NCBI GenBank assembly: GCA_043801165.1
Contig: JAZDMG010000007.1
Location: forward strand, 70,155 to 134,154
DNA length: 64,000 nt
Reading direction: 5' to 3'
DNA from: an archaeon
GTDB taxonomy: Archaea > Nanobdellota > Nanobdellia > Woesearchaeales > SM23-78
Shown here: piece after piece, positions 54,378-63,846 of the stretch
Numbering within the stretch: position 1 is the stretch's first letter
Layout of the letters: each line of letters begins with the position of its first letter
Program-made: the position numbers and the translations under genes
Notes under the pieces: model-generated
The model's database searches: none
Told to the model about the DNA's origin: nothing
The model's input: only the letters and a program-made list of their open reading frames with translations

Positions 54378-55238
54378 TCATTTTATGTTTTCGATGGTCT
54401 CTATGTCGGCTATCCTTTTCTCTGCCTTTATGCTGGTCCTGAATATGTTCCAGAATACTTTCTGCACCCATTCCACCCAGTCAGAATCCCTTATCTCATA
54501 GAATATGTATGGCTGCTTGTTGTCATGGCTCTTCTTTTTCTTCTTCTCAGGCTGCTCCGTCACCCTTATCTCCTTGAACCTCGCTAGCTTGGTGTCTATG
54601 ACGAATGTCCTGAAGGGCTGCTCTGCGTGCCTTATCTCTATCATCTCCTTCTTTATCTTGTGGTTGATCTCAAGCATCATCCTGATCTTCTTGATGGACT
54701 CTATGTCAACCCTGCAGAGGATTTTTATGGGTATGCTTCTCTCTGCCAGCTCCTCAAAGACATCCATTATCTTGGTCTTGCCCTGGGATGCGTTGACCCA
54801 TGATAGGTTTCCTGAGAATATGAGCACCTGCTGCTCTGTGCTCCTCAGAGAGCCTATTAGGTTCTGCTTCGGAGAGATGACAGACTCTGATTGCTCCTCA
54901 AGAAAAGCATATCTCTTGTCATCATCAACATATTGGTAGATGTCGAATGGGCTGAAATCATCCTTGCCCTTGGAGGATTCTATCCTCTTGAAAAGCCTCT
55001 CCTGGAAGTCAGATGAATGAATCTTCTCGATGTTGCTCCAGAAGACTATCTTCAGCGCTCCCCTCGTCCCTTCCCTGAAGGTTCTTATCGACAGGATGCC
55101 CTGCTCCTTGATTATCCTTTCCACATATGCGTCTGCCGTACGCCAGTTCTTCTGCAGGTAGTGCGCAATCTCCTGCATGCTCCTGGGCTTCTGGTAGACA
55201 AAGTCGCTTATCTTCTTCACGGTCTGGGAATCAAGCAT
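54378..55238 (-). CDS. TrmB-like transcriptional regulator (wHTH + C-terminal domain), tentative
   Basis: Taken from the ATG at 55238 (MLDSQTVKKISDFVYQKPRSMQEIAHYLQKNWRTADAYVERIIKEQGIL), which gives an N-terminal wHTH. The C-terminal ~180 aa are of unclear family. The track start at 55295 adds 19 hydrophobic, atypical residues. Confidence 0.5.
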   Translation of the reverse strand: MLDSQTVKKISDFVYQKPRSMQEIAHYLQKNWRTADAYVERIIKEQGILSIRTFREGTRGALKIVFWSNIEKIHSSDFQERLFKRIESSKGKDDFSPFDIYQYVDDDKRYAFLEEQSESVISPKQNLIGSLRSTEQQVLIFSGNLSWVNASQGKTKIMDVFEELAERSIPIKILCRVDIESIKKIRMMLEINHKIKKEMIEIRHAEQPFRTFVIDTKLARFKEIRVTEQPEKKKKKSHDNKQPYIFYEIRDSDWVEWVQKVFWNIFRTSIKAEKRIADIETIENIK

Positions 55239-55380
55239 GGCATTGTGAAAAATGGCTCGATTTATAAATATTGCCAAAATACAACTATGATACATTTTTC
55301 TTTACAGAAACAATTAACTAAAATACAACTCTAAGTATAACCTAGCGTCCGCGAAGAATGTGGACATTGAGGTGATAGCT

Positions 55381-55446
55381 ATGATAAAGGACTTCTGGAC
55401 TGAAGAAGAGATGGAAGAAGAGCTGCTAAGGATAGAGAGAAAATAA
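55381..55446 (+). CDS. Possible 21-aa micro-ORF
   Basis: ATG preceded at 4 nt by GAGGTGAT. Encodes MIKDFWTEEEMEEELLRIERK*. Support comes only from the strong SD and its position ahead of the next SD-led ORF. Confidence 0.3.
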   Translation: MIKDFWTEEEMEEELLRIERK

Positions 55447-55463
55447 ACCGCAGGGGTGATCGC

Positions 55464-55694
55464 ATGAATATGTGCTTGAATAAGAAATCTGATTTGCTGC
55501 TCCTGCTTGAGAAGAGCAGCTACGGGGAGGGTTTGAGTTCAGATGAGGAGTCTGCTGCTTTCAAGCTGATAAGGAAGCCTGAGCAGATCGAAGGACTTTG
55601 CTGGATGTGCGGCTCAGCCAAGCATTCACCGGCAATATACGATACCGGCCTGTGCCGCGGCCATGCATTGTTCGCATTGGTCTCAACCAGATGA
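55464..55694 (+). CDS. Small Cys-containing hypothetical protein
   Basis: 76 aa. ATG preceded at 3 nt by GGGGTGAT. Contains CWMCGS...CRGH, a possible metal site. No family recognised. Confidence 0.45.
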   Translation: MNMCLNKKSDLLLLLEKSSYGEGLSSDEESAAFKLIRKPEQIEGLCWMCGSAKHSPAIYDTGLCRGHALFALVSTR

Positions 55695-55734
55695 GAAATA
55701 CGGTTGAGCAGAGGCTATAGAAAATATATTATCC

Positions 55735-56466
55735 CTATTTCTTTGGCTTGAGCTTATCGCCCAGCTTCTCCTTATACTCCTTGAGCAATGAGCCGCCCTC
55801 TTTGCTGATCTTCTCTGAAGTCTCCTTGGTCAATTCTTTTGTCTTCTCCTTAAAGCGGCCGAAGATGTTATAGGCCTGCGATATGCGCTTCTCCCATTCG
55901 ACTGAGAAGTCCCTGACCGCGAGGTGCATATGTTTTATCTTTCCTCCATACCTATTGAAATATGTTATGACATCAAGGTCCTTGACTATCCTGGTGTCTG
56001 GCTTCTCTGAAGGATAGCCAAAAGCAAGTATCGCCTGCGGCCTCACATTGGTTGGGATATCCAGCAATACCTTGATCTTATCTTCATCAAAAGCACCTAT
56101 CCATACTCCCCCAATATCCATTGCATGGGCTGCGAGGAGCATGTTCTCAATAGCTGCTGCGCAGTTCTGCACCAGATAGAGCCTTGATCCTCTGAGGCCG
56201 TAGTGTCGCTCTGTCTGCTCAGGGTCTCCGCATACGACGATGAGAAAGGCTGCGTTATGCACCGAGTCCTGGCCTAGGCTATGCTCGCTGAGCTTTTTCA
56301 TCAGGGGCTTGTCATCAACTACTATGAACCTCCAGTCCTGGACATTGCCGCTGCTGGGAGCAAGATGGCCTGCATCAATGATATCCATTATAGTCTCCTT
56401 GTCTATGGGCATATCAAGAAACCGTCTTATGCTCCTTCTCGAGGCAATGCATTCCAAAGCGTCCAT
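55735..56466 (-). CDS. Nitroreductase-family flavoprotein with charged C-terminal extension
   Basis: N-terminus ECIASRRSIRRFLDMPIDKETIMDIIDAGHLAPSSGNVQDWRFIVV matches the nitroreductase signature (RRS.R.F ... AP.S.N.Q.W.F). About 45 extra Lys/Glu-rich residues at the C-terminus. Confidence 0.85.
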   Translation of the reverse strand: MDALECIASRRSIRRFLDMPIDKETIMDIIDAGHLAPSSGNVQDWRFIVVDDKPLMKKLSEHSLGQDSVHNAAFLIVVCGDPEQTERHYGLRGSRLYLVQNCAAAIENMLLAAHAMDIGGVWIGAFDEDKIKVLLDIPTNVRPQAILAFGYPSEKPDTRIVKDLDVITYFNRYGGKIKHMHLAVRDFSVEWEKRISQAYNIFGRFKEKTKELTKETSEKISKEGGSLLKEYKEKLGDKLKPKK

Positions 56467-56553
56467 AATAGCTTAACCCTCTTTTTTGGTGTTTAAATAG
56501 TTTTCTGACAAAAACAGGAAAACATGCTGTGAAACTACCTTAGGCATCCTGGC

Positions 56554-57006
56554 TCATCGCTTCATCTTTGTCCCGCACTTCATGCAGAAGTCAGCATAGG
56601 AGTAATGCCTGGTGCTGCAATTAGGGCATGAGACTATTGAGGAGTCCTGGCGGCCCTGCCTCGGGTCAGGCTCTGATACATGATGCTGGCCCTGCATGTG
56701 CTGGAGCTCATGGGGATTGCCATCATTGTGGTGCTGCCTGAACTGTGATTGGCCCTGCGTGCCTTGGGTGCGTAGGTTGGTGCGCATCTGATTGCGGTGA
56801 TGAGCGACTTTCTTGTCTTTCTCCTCGCCACCCATCCCAAAGACATATCTCATTACGAGCTTGAACACTCCTATTATCACGAAGGCTATGCCCAGCCAGA
56901 AGAAGAGCTTGAACTGGCCTGGCTTGGTCTTGGCCTCCACCATCTTCGAAACCGCCGATATAGCCACTCCGACGATGATGTAGACCCAACCAGGTATCTT
57001 TGCCAT
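56554..57006 (-). CDS. Small membrane protein with His/Gln-rich linker and C-terminal zinc ribbon
   Basis: Two TM segments (WVYIIVGVAISAV; FFWLGIAFVIIGVF), an H/Q-rich stretch, then CPNCSTRHYSYADFCMKCG. Confidence 0.65.
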   Translation of the reverse strand: MAKIPGWVYIIVGVAISAVSKMVEAKTKPGQFKLFFWLGIAFVIIGVFKLVMRYVFGMGGEEKDKKVAHHRNQMRTNLRTQGTQGQSQFRQHHNDGNPHELQHMQGQHHVSEPDPRQGRQDSSIVSCPNCSTRHYSYADFCMKCGTKMKR

Positions 57007-57092
57007 GCAAATAGCCCTTGTTGGCTGTGTTTTAATATTTTTTGCTTGAGAAGATGAAAAGAAATTTATATATCCACGTATTACTCAGTGGC

Positions 57093-57260
57093 ATGGAGCT
57101 TGGAATCCCTAGAAAAAAGAGGAAGGATGAGCCGGGGCAGAGGCCTGATGGCGATGAAAGCCACGGGATGTTCGGAGAGCTTGACGTCGACCCTGACTCA
57201 GAGCTTCCTGTGCACGAGCAGTTCACGGACAACAAAAAGCTTAGAAAGATAAGGAAATAA
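57093..57260 (+). CDS. Possible small basic/acidic protein (55 aa)
   Basis: TTTATATA at 57065-57072 lies 20 nt before the ATG at 57093 (leaderless-type spacing). Encodes MELGIPRKKRKDEPGQRPDGDESHG.... The track ORF begins earlier, at 57042, upstream of the TATA. Confidence 0.35.
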   Translation: MELGIPRKKRKDEPGQRPDGDESHGMFGELDVDPDSELPVHEQFTDNKKLRKIRK

Positions 57261-57301
57261 CTGCGGCGGATTTTGTAATCAGAACTGATAAACAGACCTA
57301 T

Positions 57302-58129
57302 TCATTTATTTTTAAGAAACTCATGTATCTCTTTCTTCAGGCCATCAATCATTTGAGGATAGGTGTAGACTGGCAGATGTAACTCCTTTAATTTAGATTG
57401 ATCATCTGCAAAAACTGGAGTTTTATCTTGTTTATCCTCTGATGAGACTGTAATGCCAAATTCTGGCAAGACATCCTCTGCTATATCGTACCTTGTTTTT
57501 AGCTCTGGAACAGCAACAGGTATTATCTCATTCAGGATATCCCTTCTTATTACTTCTTCGATTACCTCTCGTATATGCCTTATCCATGTCGGCTGAAACT
57601 TCCAAGAGCTATCATATACCGCCGGCGTATGCTTCGTAATATTATTCAGCAACCTATTGAATGGCCTATCATTGATAGTATTCGGGCTGAAGCCTAACAC
57701 AAACGATGGCCGCAGTATAACATAACCCGCAGTCGCCTTTTTGGCATATTCCTCGCCCTGCAACTTGGTTTTTCCATAGAACTGCCCGACATTATCAACC
57801 ATGACTGATGATATCAATATTATCCTTGCTCCGACCTTGTTTGCCCCTTCCACAACATATTTTGTCCCAAGCTCATTAATAGCGACTGCCTGTTCCTGGT
57901 TTTTTTCACACCAGCCACCATTTGCATTGGCAGCGACATGGATGATGAATTGTGGCTTTGCAAGAGATATCAAACCTATGACTTCATCTCTCTTGGTTAT
58001 ATCAAGATGGGCGAGCTCCGGGAACAATTTATTAGAATTATATGTCCCGATAACATCATGCTTCATGCGCAAATCAGAATACAGCCTCGCACCGACATAA
58101 CTGCTCGCTCCAGTAATAAGGATTTTCAT
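57302..58129 (-). CDS. NAD(P)-dependent epimerase/reductase (extended SDR, RmlD-like)
   Basis: N-terminal Rossmann motif MKILITGASSYVGARL. 275 aa. The YGKTK motif is the catalytic YxxxK of SDRs. Confidence 0.8.
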   Translation of the reverse strand: MKILITGASSYVGARLYSDLRMKHDVIGTYNSNKLFPELAHLDITKRDEVIGLISLAKPQFIIHVAANANGGWCEKNQEQAVAINELGTKYVVEGANKVGARIILISSVMVDNVGQFYGKTKLQGEEYAKKATAGYVILRPSFVLGFSPNTINDRPFNRLLNNITKHTPAVYDSSWKFQPTWIRHIREVIEEVIRRDILNEIIPVAVPELKTRYDIAEDVLPEFGITVSSEDKQDKTPVFADDQSKLKELHLPVYTYPQMIDGLKKEIHEFLKNK

Positions 58130-58211
58130 ACGATTAGAACAAGATAACCCAATAAAAAGTTTGCTATTTTAGGATAGAAAGATGGCCTTGTCCAAGACCA
58201 GCGCGCCCGTC

Positions 58212-59492
58212 TCACTTCTTCTTGGCAATCTTCTTTATGCCCTGCATGTAAGGCACCAATGCTCGGGGGACTATGATGCTTCCGTCCTCGTTCTGGTAGT
58301 TCTCGAGTATCGCGACCATTATCCTTGATGTGGCCATGGCTGTGTTGTTCAGTGTATGGACCGCTTCTCTGCTTCCGTCCTTGCGCACAAGCCTTATGTT
58401 GAGGTCTCTTGCCTGGTAGTCTGTGCAGTTGCTCAATGACATGACCTCTCCGTACTCCTCAAGTGTCGGTCTCCATACCTCTATGTCTGCGCTCCTTGAT
58501 TTCCAGGCAGACAGGTCTCCTGTGCAGCACTCGACGATCCTGTAGGGCATCTCCAATGCGAGCATTATCTCTTCTGAGTTCTTTAGGAGCTCCTCGTAAT
58601 AGTCATATGATTCCTCTGGCCTGCAGAAGATGAACTGCTCCACCTTGTTGAACTGGTGCGTCCTCCAGAGGCCTTTCTCATTTATTCCGTGGCTGCCTAT
58701 CTCCTTCCTGAAGCACATGCTGTAGGAGAAGAGCTTCTTGGGAAGGTCCTGCTCCTGGAATGTGGCGTCGATGTAGCGTCCGAGCATCGAGTACTCGCTT
58801 GTACCTATGAGGCAGAGATTGTCATCTCCCTTGACAGAGTATATTGAGTCTGCGAATGCCTTTGTGTCAGTGGCTGCCGCCAGCACATCATGCTTTATCA
58901 TGAGAGGCGTCTCGATGTAGCGATAGCCTTTCCTGTGCATGAAGTCGATGGCGAACCTTATCAATGCCTGGTCCAGCAATGCCAGCTCTCCTTCGAGGAA
59001 GTAGAACCCGTTGCCGGAGGTCTTTGCGCTTGCCTCGAAGTCGGCTATGCCGAGCCCCTCTGCCAATTCGACGTGGTTTTTGACAGGGAATGGGAATTTC
59101 TTAGGATTGCCTATTGTCCTGATGACAGGGTTCTCGCTGGCATCCTTTCCATGCTTTACAGAATCATGCATCATGTTTGGTATCTTGGCGAGCAGTTCCT
59201 TTGATTGGGATTGGAGCTTCTCCTGCTGCTCCTCCAATGATTTTATCTCCTGGGGAATGTCCTTTGCCTTGGCTATCAGCGAAGCAACATCTTTTCCGCT
59301 CTTCTTTGCGCTGTTGATTTGCTCGCTAACCTTGTTGCGCTCATGCTTAAGGTCTTCTGCCTGCTTTGTGAGCTTGCGCCATCCTGCGTCTGCTGTGAGA
59401 AAATCATCTACTGTGCACGGGTCAAGGTCCTTCTTCTTCATGTTATCCTTGACCAGCTCTGCATTGTCCCGTATGAATTGCGCCGATAGCAT
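58212..59492 (-). CDS. serS: Seryl-tRNA synthetase (bacterial/common type)
   Basis: N-terminal coiled-coil tRNA-binding arm. Class II motifs (FRKEIGSHG; GTSEYS; NNTAMATSRIMVAILENYQ). The start is set at the ATG at 59492 (MLSAQFIRDN), typical of SerRS. The track ORF adds 14 aa. Confidence 0.9.
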   Translation of the reverse strand: MLSAQFIRDNAELVKDNMKKKDLDPCTVDDFLTADAGWRKLTKQAEDLKHERNKVSEQINSAKKSGKDVASLIAKAKDIPQEIKSLEEQQEKLQSQSKELLAKIPNMMHDSVKHGKDASENPVIRTIGNPKKFPFPVKNHVELAEGLGIADFEASAKTSGNGFYFLEGELALLDQALIRFAIDFMHRKGYRYIETPLMIKHDVLAAATDTKAFADSIYSVKGDDNLCLIGTSEYSMLGRYIDATFQEQDLPKKLFSYSMCFRKEIGSHGINEKGLWRTHQFNKVEQFIFCRPEESYDYYEELLKNSEEIMLALEMPYRIVECCTGDLSAWKSRSADIEVWRPTLEEYGEVMSLSNCTDYQARDLNIRLVRKDGSREAVHTLNNTAMATSRIMVAILENYQNEDGSIIVPRALVPYMQGIKKIAKKK

Positions 59493-59588
59493 TTTAAGAG
59501 AGAATTGGCTTGATGGTTTAAATATTTTGCTCAAAAAGATGAGAAATGAATTATTAAATATGAAAAAAAGAAAAAAATTTTGAACCTC

Positions 59589-61163
59589 TCACTTGACCCG
59601 GGTTGGCATCGGCTGCCTCTTTGTAGGCCTGGTTATCCTGTCGCAATAGGCGCACCTGAGCTCAGGTATCACCGGGTTGATGACATAGAACCTCTGCGGC
59701 ACATGCTCATTCTGCTCAGGATTGGTTATGCACCTCGGGTTGGCGCAGTAGGCTACATTTCCTATGCGTGATGGCAGCTCATAATCAAATTTCTTGTCGA
59801 TAGCCCCATCCTTGATATAGTTTATGGTGGCATGAGGCACGAATAGCTTTATCCTCGCCAAGGAGTCAGGGTCAAGGTTTGCGAGACCGTCGAATTTCAA
59901 GAGGTCTTTTTTCTTCATGGCCTGGCTTGGCATATCGCTACCGATATAGACTGGGAAACCCCTTATGTTCAGGAGTTGCACCAGCTTTATAGCCTGGCCT
60001 TCAGGGATGTGATCTATCACAACTCCATTGCCTTCAATCAAACCTACTTTCCTACGCCTCTCATCCGGGCTAGCTTCATCTCTTATCCTCTCCACCAGGT
60101 TTCCTAGGATGCTGAAGTCAAGCTTCTCATTGAACCCTTCCCTGAACTGGGTCTTGCCGTACTCTGAGCATATGAGCGCGAATGTCGCGGCCCTTGTGAA
60201 CGGGCCGAGGCTTTCCTGCTGGAAGTAGAAGCTCTGGGGCATTCTGTCGACTCCCATCGCAAGCTCAAGGTTGTTCTTGTTCCTTGGCAAAGGATGAAGT
60301 ATCATCGCATCATCCCTGACAAAGGCGTTCACGACATCAGGGGTGATAGACCATTCTGTCGTGAACATCTTCTGCTCCAGGTCGTTCATCCTCTCGAGTT
60401 GAGGCCGGAGCTGTATGAGTACGTCAACATTCTTCAATCCGTCCAATGAGTCATAAGTCTCGACATGTATTCCCCTGACTTTCAGCCTGTCCAAAGTGTC
60501 ATGGTCAGGGCCGAACCCTTCCGGGAATCCTAGGTGAAGAGTCGAGTCCTTGAGAAGCCTCATCGCAGAGAACCATGAGTTGGCGACCCTGCTGTTCTTT
60601 ATATCACCAAAAAATCCTATGTTGAGACCGTCAATTGTGCCTCTCCTCATCCTGATGACATAGGAATCTAGTATCACCTGCGTCGGATGCTGCTCTGCTC
60701 CGCTACCGCCGTTGACAATCACCACAGGGCTCCTGTCGACGTCCAACTTCTCAAGATCATCTTTGAGCGCAATATCAACAACGTCCGCAGCCCATCGCGC
60801 TGATCCTTCCCTCTCATGGCGCATGACTATTATGTTGTTACCGTAGCCAATCAGCATCCTGATTGTATCGTGCAATGACTCTCCTTTCTGCAGCGAAGTC
60901 CCTTCTGGGCCGTAGAACCCGTCTGAATTATCCACGCCAAGGTAATTGGCTGCCAACCTGTGGCTCAGCCTCGTCCTTGAGCTGTTCTCAAAGAAAGCAG
61001 ACGCGACGTTATGCTTGGAAAGCAGGCCATCCCACCTGCCGAAATGTCCTCTCAGGAGATCAGAACGAATTTCCTCTGAGACCATATGGATTAGATCAAG
61101 ATCTGCTCTTGTAAAATCTTCCATGGAAATAATATGTGTGCCGAACCAAGGCGTCTTACTCAT
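59589..61163 (-). CDS. pyrB: Fused aspartate carbamoyltransferase catalytic (PyrB) and regulatory (PyrI) chains
   Basis: N-terminal ~340 aa contain FFENSSRTR, HPTQ, LRPQLER and LHPLPR (ATCase motifs). C-terminal ~150 aa contain GVVIDHIPEG, KKDLLK and the zinc domain CANPRCITN...LRCAYCD (PyrI). One ORF with no stop between them. The ATG at 61163 lies 9 nt after GGAGGG. Confidence 0.85.
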   Translation of the reverse strand: MSKTPWFGTHIISMEDFTRADLDLIHMVSEEIRSDLLRGHFGRWDGLLSKHNVASAFFENSSRTRLSHRLAANYLGVDNSDGFYGPEGTSLQKGESLHDTIRMLIGYGNNIIVMRHEREGSARWAADVVDIALKDDLEKLDVDRSPVVIVNGGSGAEQHPTQVILDSYVIRMRRGTIDGLNIGFFGDIKNSRVANSWFSAMRLLKDSTLHLGFPEGFGPDHDTLDRLKVRGIHVETYDSLDGLKNVDVLIQLRPQLERMNDLEQKMFTTEWSITPDVVNAFVRDDAMILHPLPRNKNNLELAMGVDRMPQSFYFQQESLGPFTRAATFALICSEYGKTQFREGFNEKLDFSILGNLVERIRDEASPDERRRKVGLIEGNGVVIDHIPEGQAIKLVQLLNIRGFPVYIGSDMPSQAMKKKDLLKFDGLANLDPDSLARIKLFVPHATINYIKDGAIDKKFDYELPSRIGNVAYCANPRCITNPEQNEHVPQRFYVINPVIPELRCAYCDRITRPTKRQPMPTRVK

Positions 61164-61346
61164 CTGCACCACCCTCCAATCGCATTCCTATCTCTGCCCG
61201 CCTCTTCTTCTGCGAATGGGAACAAATATCTAGAACCCATAAATGTTTTCCTTCGTCCGACCATTGATCGCATTAAAAAAAAGAGAGTATGGAGATTCCT
61301 TTTTATAGATTTCTGTGATGCAAGACACACATCACGATATCTTACG

Positions 61347-61829
61347 TCAGAATCTTGGCAACAGGTGCTCAAGCCCAAGCTCTACTGCCCTGTTTCGGAC
61401 ATCATCAGGCACAGGCCTGCTAGCATCCTTGAGGTCATGCAACCTCATCACGAGCCTGGCCTTTTCCTTTTCAGTCTCAGAGTCTGCCTTTTCCTGCTTT
61501 CGATTCTTTGCCTCGGCAATCATGACCTTTCTCTGGGTCATGAATCTCTTATAATTCGGAGAGATATCATCCGCGTTTCTCCTGCTCATGAAACTGATTC
61601 CAGCATTAAATTGATCCTCTCGAGCATTGAGATAACCAGCCGCCTGCTTCTGGCTCATGCTCCTAGGTCCTGTTGCGAATGCATATTCAGGTCCGAGATT
61701 CTGCGGCCTTAATGACTCTAGAAAATCAACCATCCGATGGTATGTCTGCCTGACTGAACTTTCAAGCTGACCAACTGCTGTCGACATAGCTTCTCTTGCC
61801 CTGTAAATCCTTCCTTCATTCATCGTCAT
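61347..61829 (-). CDS. Hypothetical protein
   Basis: 160 aa with balanced composition and a minus-strand TATA-like box ~55 nt upstream. Preferred over the overlapping plus-strand ORF 61134..61712, which is S/L/R-rich and runs into the pyrB start. Confidence 0.5.
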   Translation of the reverse strand: MTMNEGRIYRAREAMSTAVGQLESSVRQTYHRMVDFLESLRPQNLGPEYAFATGPRSMSQKQAAGYLNAREDQFNAGISFMSRRNADDISPNYKRFMTQRKVMIAEAKNRKQEKADSETEKEKARLVMRLHDLKDASRPVPDDVRNRAVELGLEHLLPRF

Positions 61830-61946
61830 CCCCCGTTCTCATTATAGAGTGGTTTATTTTCTCAAGAGGATAAACATGAGGTTTATATAGCTTTCTCTTC
61901 TAGAAAAATGCTTTAAATGTAAGAAAAGGCTACAGAAGAATGCTGC

Positions 61947-63821
61947 TCATTCTCCCCTGATCTCAAGCTTCTCACCTGCATGTATCGTCTTCAGAATCGT
62001 TCGGCCTATGCCGTGCTGCTTGTTGATCTTGATCATGCTCTTCCTGGAAGCGGTCGCTGACAAGAGGAAAGAGTCTCCGAGGTAGATGTCTACTTCCTTG
62101 TTGGCGTCCTCTGGCCTCAGCGCCAGCAGTATGTTCTTCCCGTCAATCTTTATCTGGTAGGGAATCGTCCCCTGGCGCTCTTCGCGCCTGCCTGCGCGCT
62201 TCTCCTCTTCCTCGACAACATCGATGCTGAGGCCTAGCTTCTCCTCCAGCGACTGTATATTCTGGCCTTGGTGGCCTATGAGGCGCCCTTTCTCTCCAAC
62301 AGGAACTATGACTTTGCACCTGTTGTCAGATATCATCTCTATCTGCGCCTTGCTGACATGCTTCATCATCTCACGCCTTATGCTGTCCTCTGCGAGCCTG
62401 TGCACAGACGTCCTCTGCTCTGCCCTCACAGGAACGACAACGGTCTCCTCTCCGTAGCTGTAGATCTCGAACTCAAGGCGCCCTGAATTGAAATCGCTGA
62501 CCGTGACAACAGGCCTCGCAAGGTCTGCCTCCATCATGCCGCTGGGCACCTTTACTTGGAGGCTCACTGAGAATATCCTATTGATAGCTCCGTTCCTGAT
62601 GAAGATCACTGTGTCGATGACATGAGGGATGACTCCAAGCTCAATCCTGCCGATGAATCTCTGGATGGCATCGATTGGATTGGTGGCGTGGATGACTCCT
62701 ATCATTCCCACTCCGCTGAGGCGAAGGTCTGAGAAAAGCCTGAAGTCCTCTGTATTCCTCATCTCATCAAAGATCGTGTAATCTGGCCTGCTCAGGAGCA
62801 GTATGTCGTGTATCTCCTGGCTTGTGCCATAGTTCATCGAGTACTGGGTTATCTCATCGCCGAGCGAGAGGTCTCTCGGCGACTCAATGGTCTTGATGAC
62901 CTTCTTCTTGGCAAGGTAATGCTCTGCCAATGCCTGGGCAAATGTTGTCTTTCCGTGGCCAGGAGCCCCTGCTATGAGCACTCCCTCTGCGCTCTCATCG
63001 ATCCTGGCAAGGATCTTCTCGTTGAGCTGGTATTCTTTCAGGCTCAGCTTTTTTATGGGCCTCACCGCTGTTATCTCGTAGCCATCTGCGAATGGAGGCC
63101 TTGTTATGACAATCCTATAATTAGAAAGCTGGATTATGGTAGACCCTTTCCTGTCTGCCTCGATGAACCCATCGGTCCTTGAGCTTGCCTCCTCTGTTAT
63201 TGATTTTGCCAGTTCCTTGACAGCTTCCCTGTCAAGTATTCCAGGAGCGACCTCAACATATTCCCAATCGCCGGGCATTCCCTTCTTGGCCTTCACAGAG
63301 CATTTCTCACGTATGTGGACGCTCATGGTCCTGCTGTCAAAGAATTTTTCAAGCACAAGGGGAGACTCGTCCTCGTCCTCGAACTCGAAAAGTATGACGC
63401 TGATGCCTTTGCTCTCAGCCACAAGGGCCTGCACCTTGTCTGCTGTCACAAGGGTGGCTTTCTCATCTGATGCCAGCTTTCTTATGACGGAGTCTATCTC
63501 TCCTGTCTTGGCATGTTTTATCTCAAAATCAGTGGGCCTGCTGCCCTTGAATATCACCTCAAAGCCGTGCTTCAGACCCAGCTCCCTGAGCCTCTTGACC
63601 TCTTCCAATCCAAGGAAACCTGTCTCCTTGTTCTTGTTGGCCTGGCTCTCCAATTCTGCCATGACTGACTCATGGACTATGATCTGCTTTGGAGAGAGCT
63701 CTTTCTTCTCAATCTTCTTAGAGAGAATGCCTTCAATGGTTATGCTGGTGTCAGGCACCAGCCTTGTGGCTTTCGCCTGCGACAGTGTCTTGCTATCGTT
63801 TTCCTTTGTTTTCTTAGGCAT
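61947..63821 (-). CDS. PIN domain - PilT-like ATPase - KH domain protein (archaeal COG1855-type)
   Basis: N-terminal PIN-like segment (LVPDTSITIEG). Walker A GAPGHGKTTFAQAL; Walker B-like YTIFDEMR. C-terminal KH (GRLIGHQGQNIQSLEEKLGLSIDV). Confidence 0.85.
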   Translation of the reverse strand: MPKKTKENDSKTLSQAKATRLVPDTSITIEGILSKKIEKKELSPKQIIVHESVMAELESQANKNKETGFLGLEEVKRLRELGLKHGFEVIFKGSRPTDFEIKHAKTGEIDSVIRKLASDEKATLVTADKVQALVAESKGISVILFEFEDEDESPLVLEKFFDSRTMSVHIREKCSVKAKKGMPGDWEYVEVAPGILDREAVKELAKSITEEASSRTDGFIEADRKGSTIIQLSNYRIVITRPPFADGYEITAVRPIKKLSLKEYQLNEKILARIDESAEGVLIAGAPGHGKTTFAQALAEHYLAKKKVIKTIESPRDLSLGDEITQYSMNYGTSQEIHDILLLSRPDYTIFDEMRNTEDFRLFSDLRLSGVGMIGVIHATNPIDAIQRFIGRIELGVIPHVIDTVIFIRNGAINRIFSVSLQVKVPSGMMEADLARPVVTVSDFNSGRLEFEIYSYGEETVVVPVRAEQRTSVHRLAEDSIRREMMKHVSKAQIEMISDNRCKVIVPVGEKGRLIGHQGQNIQSLEEKLGLSIDVVEEEEKRAGRREERQGTIPYQIKIDGKNILLALRPEDANKEVDIYLGDSFLLSATASRKSMIKINKQHGIGRTILKTIHAGEKLEIRGE

Positions 63822-63846
63822 GATAAGAAGTATTCTTGAGGGTTAT

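Noticed and set aside
61134-61712. 192-aa plus-strand ORF overlapping both the pyrB start and the 61347..61829 ORF.
   Set aside because: It is S/L/R/C-rich, begins inside the pyrB coding region, and has no SD or TATA. The minus-strand 160-aa ORF has normal composition and a promoter-like box.
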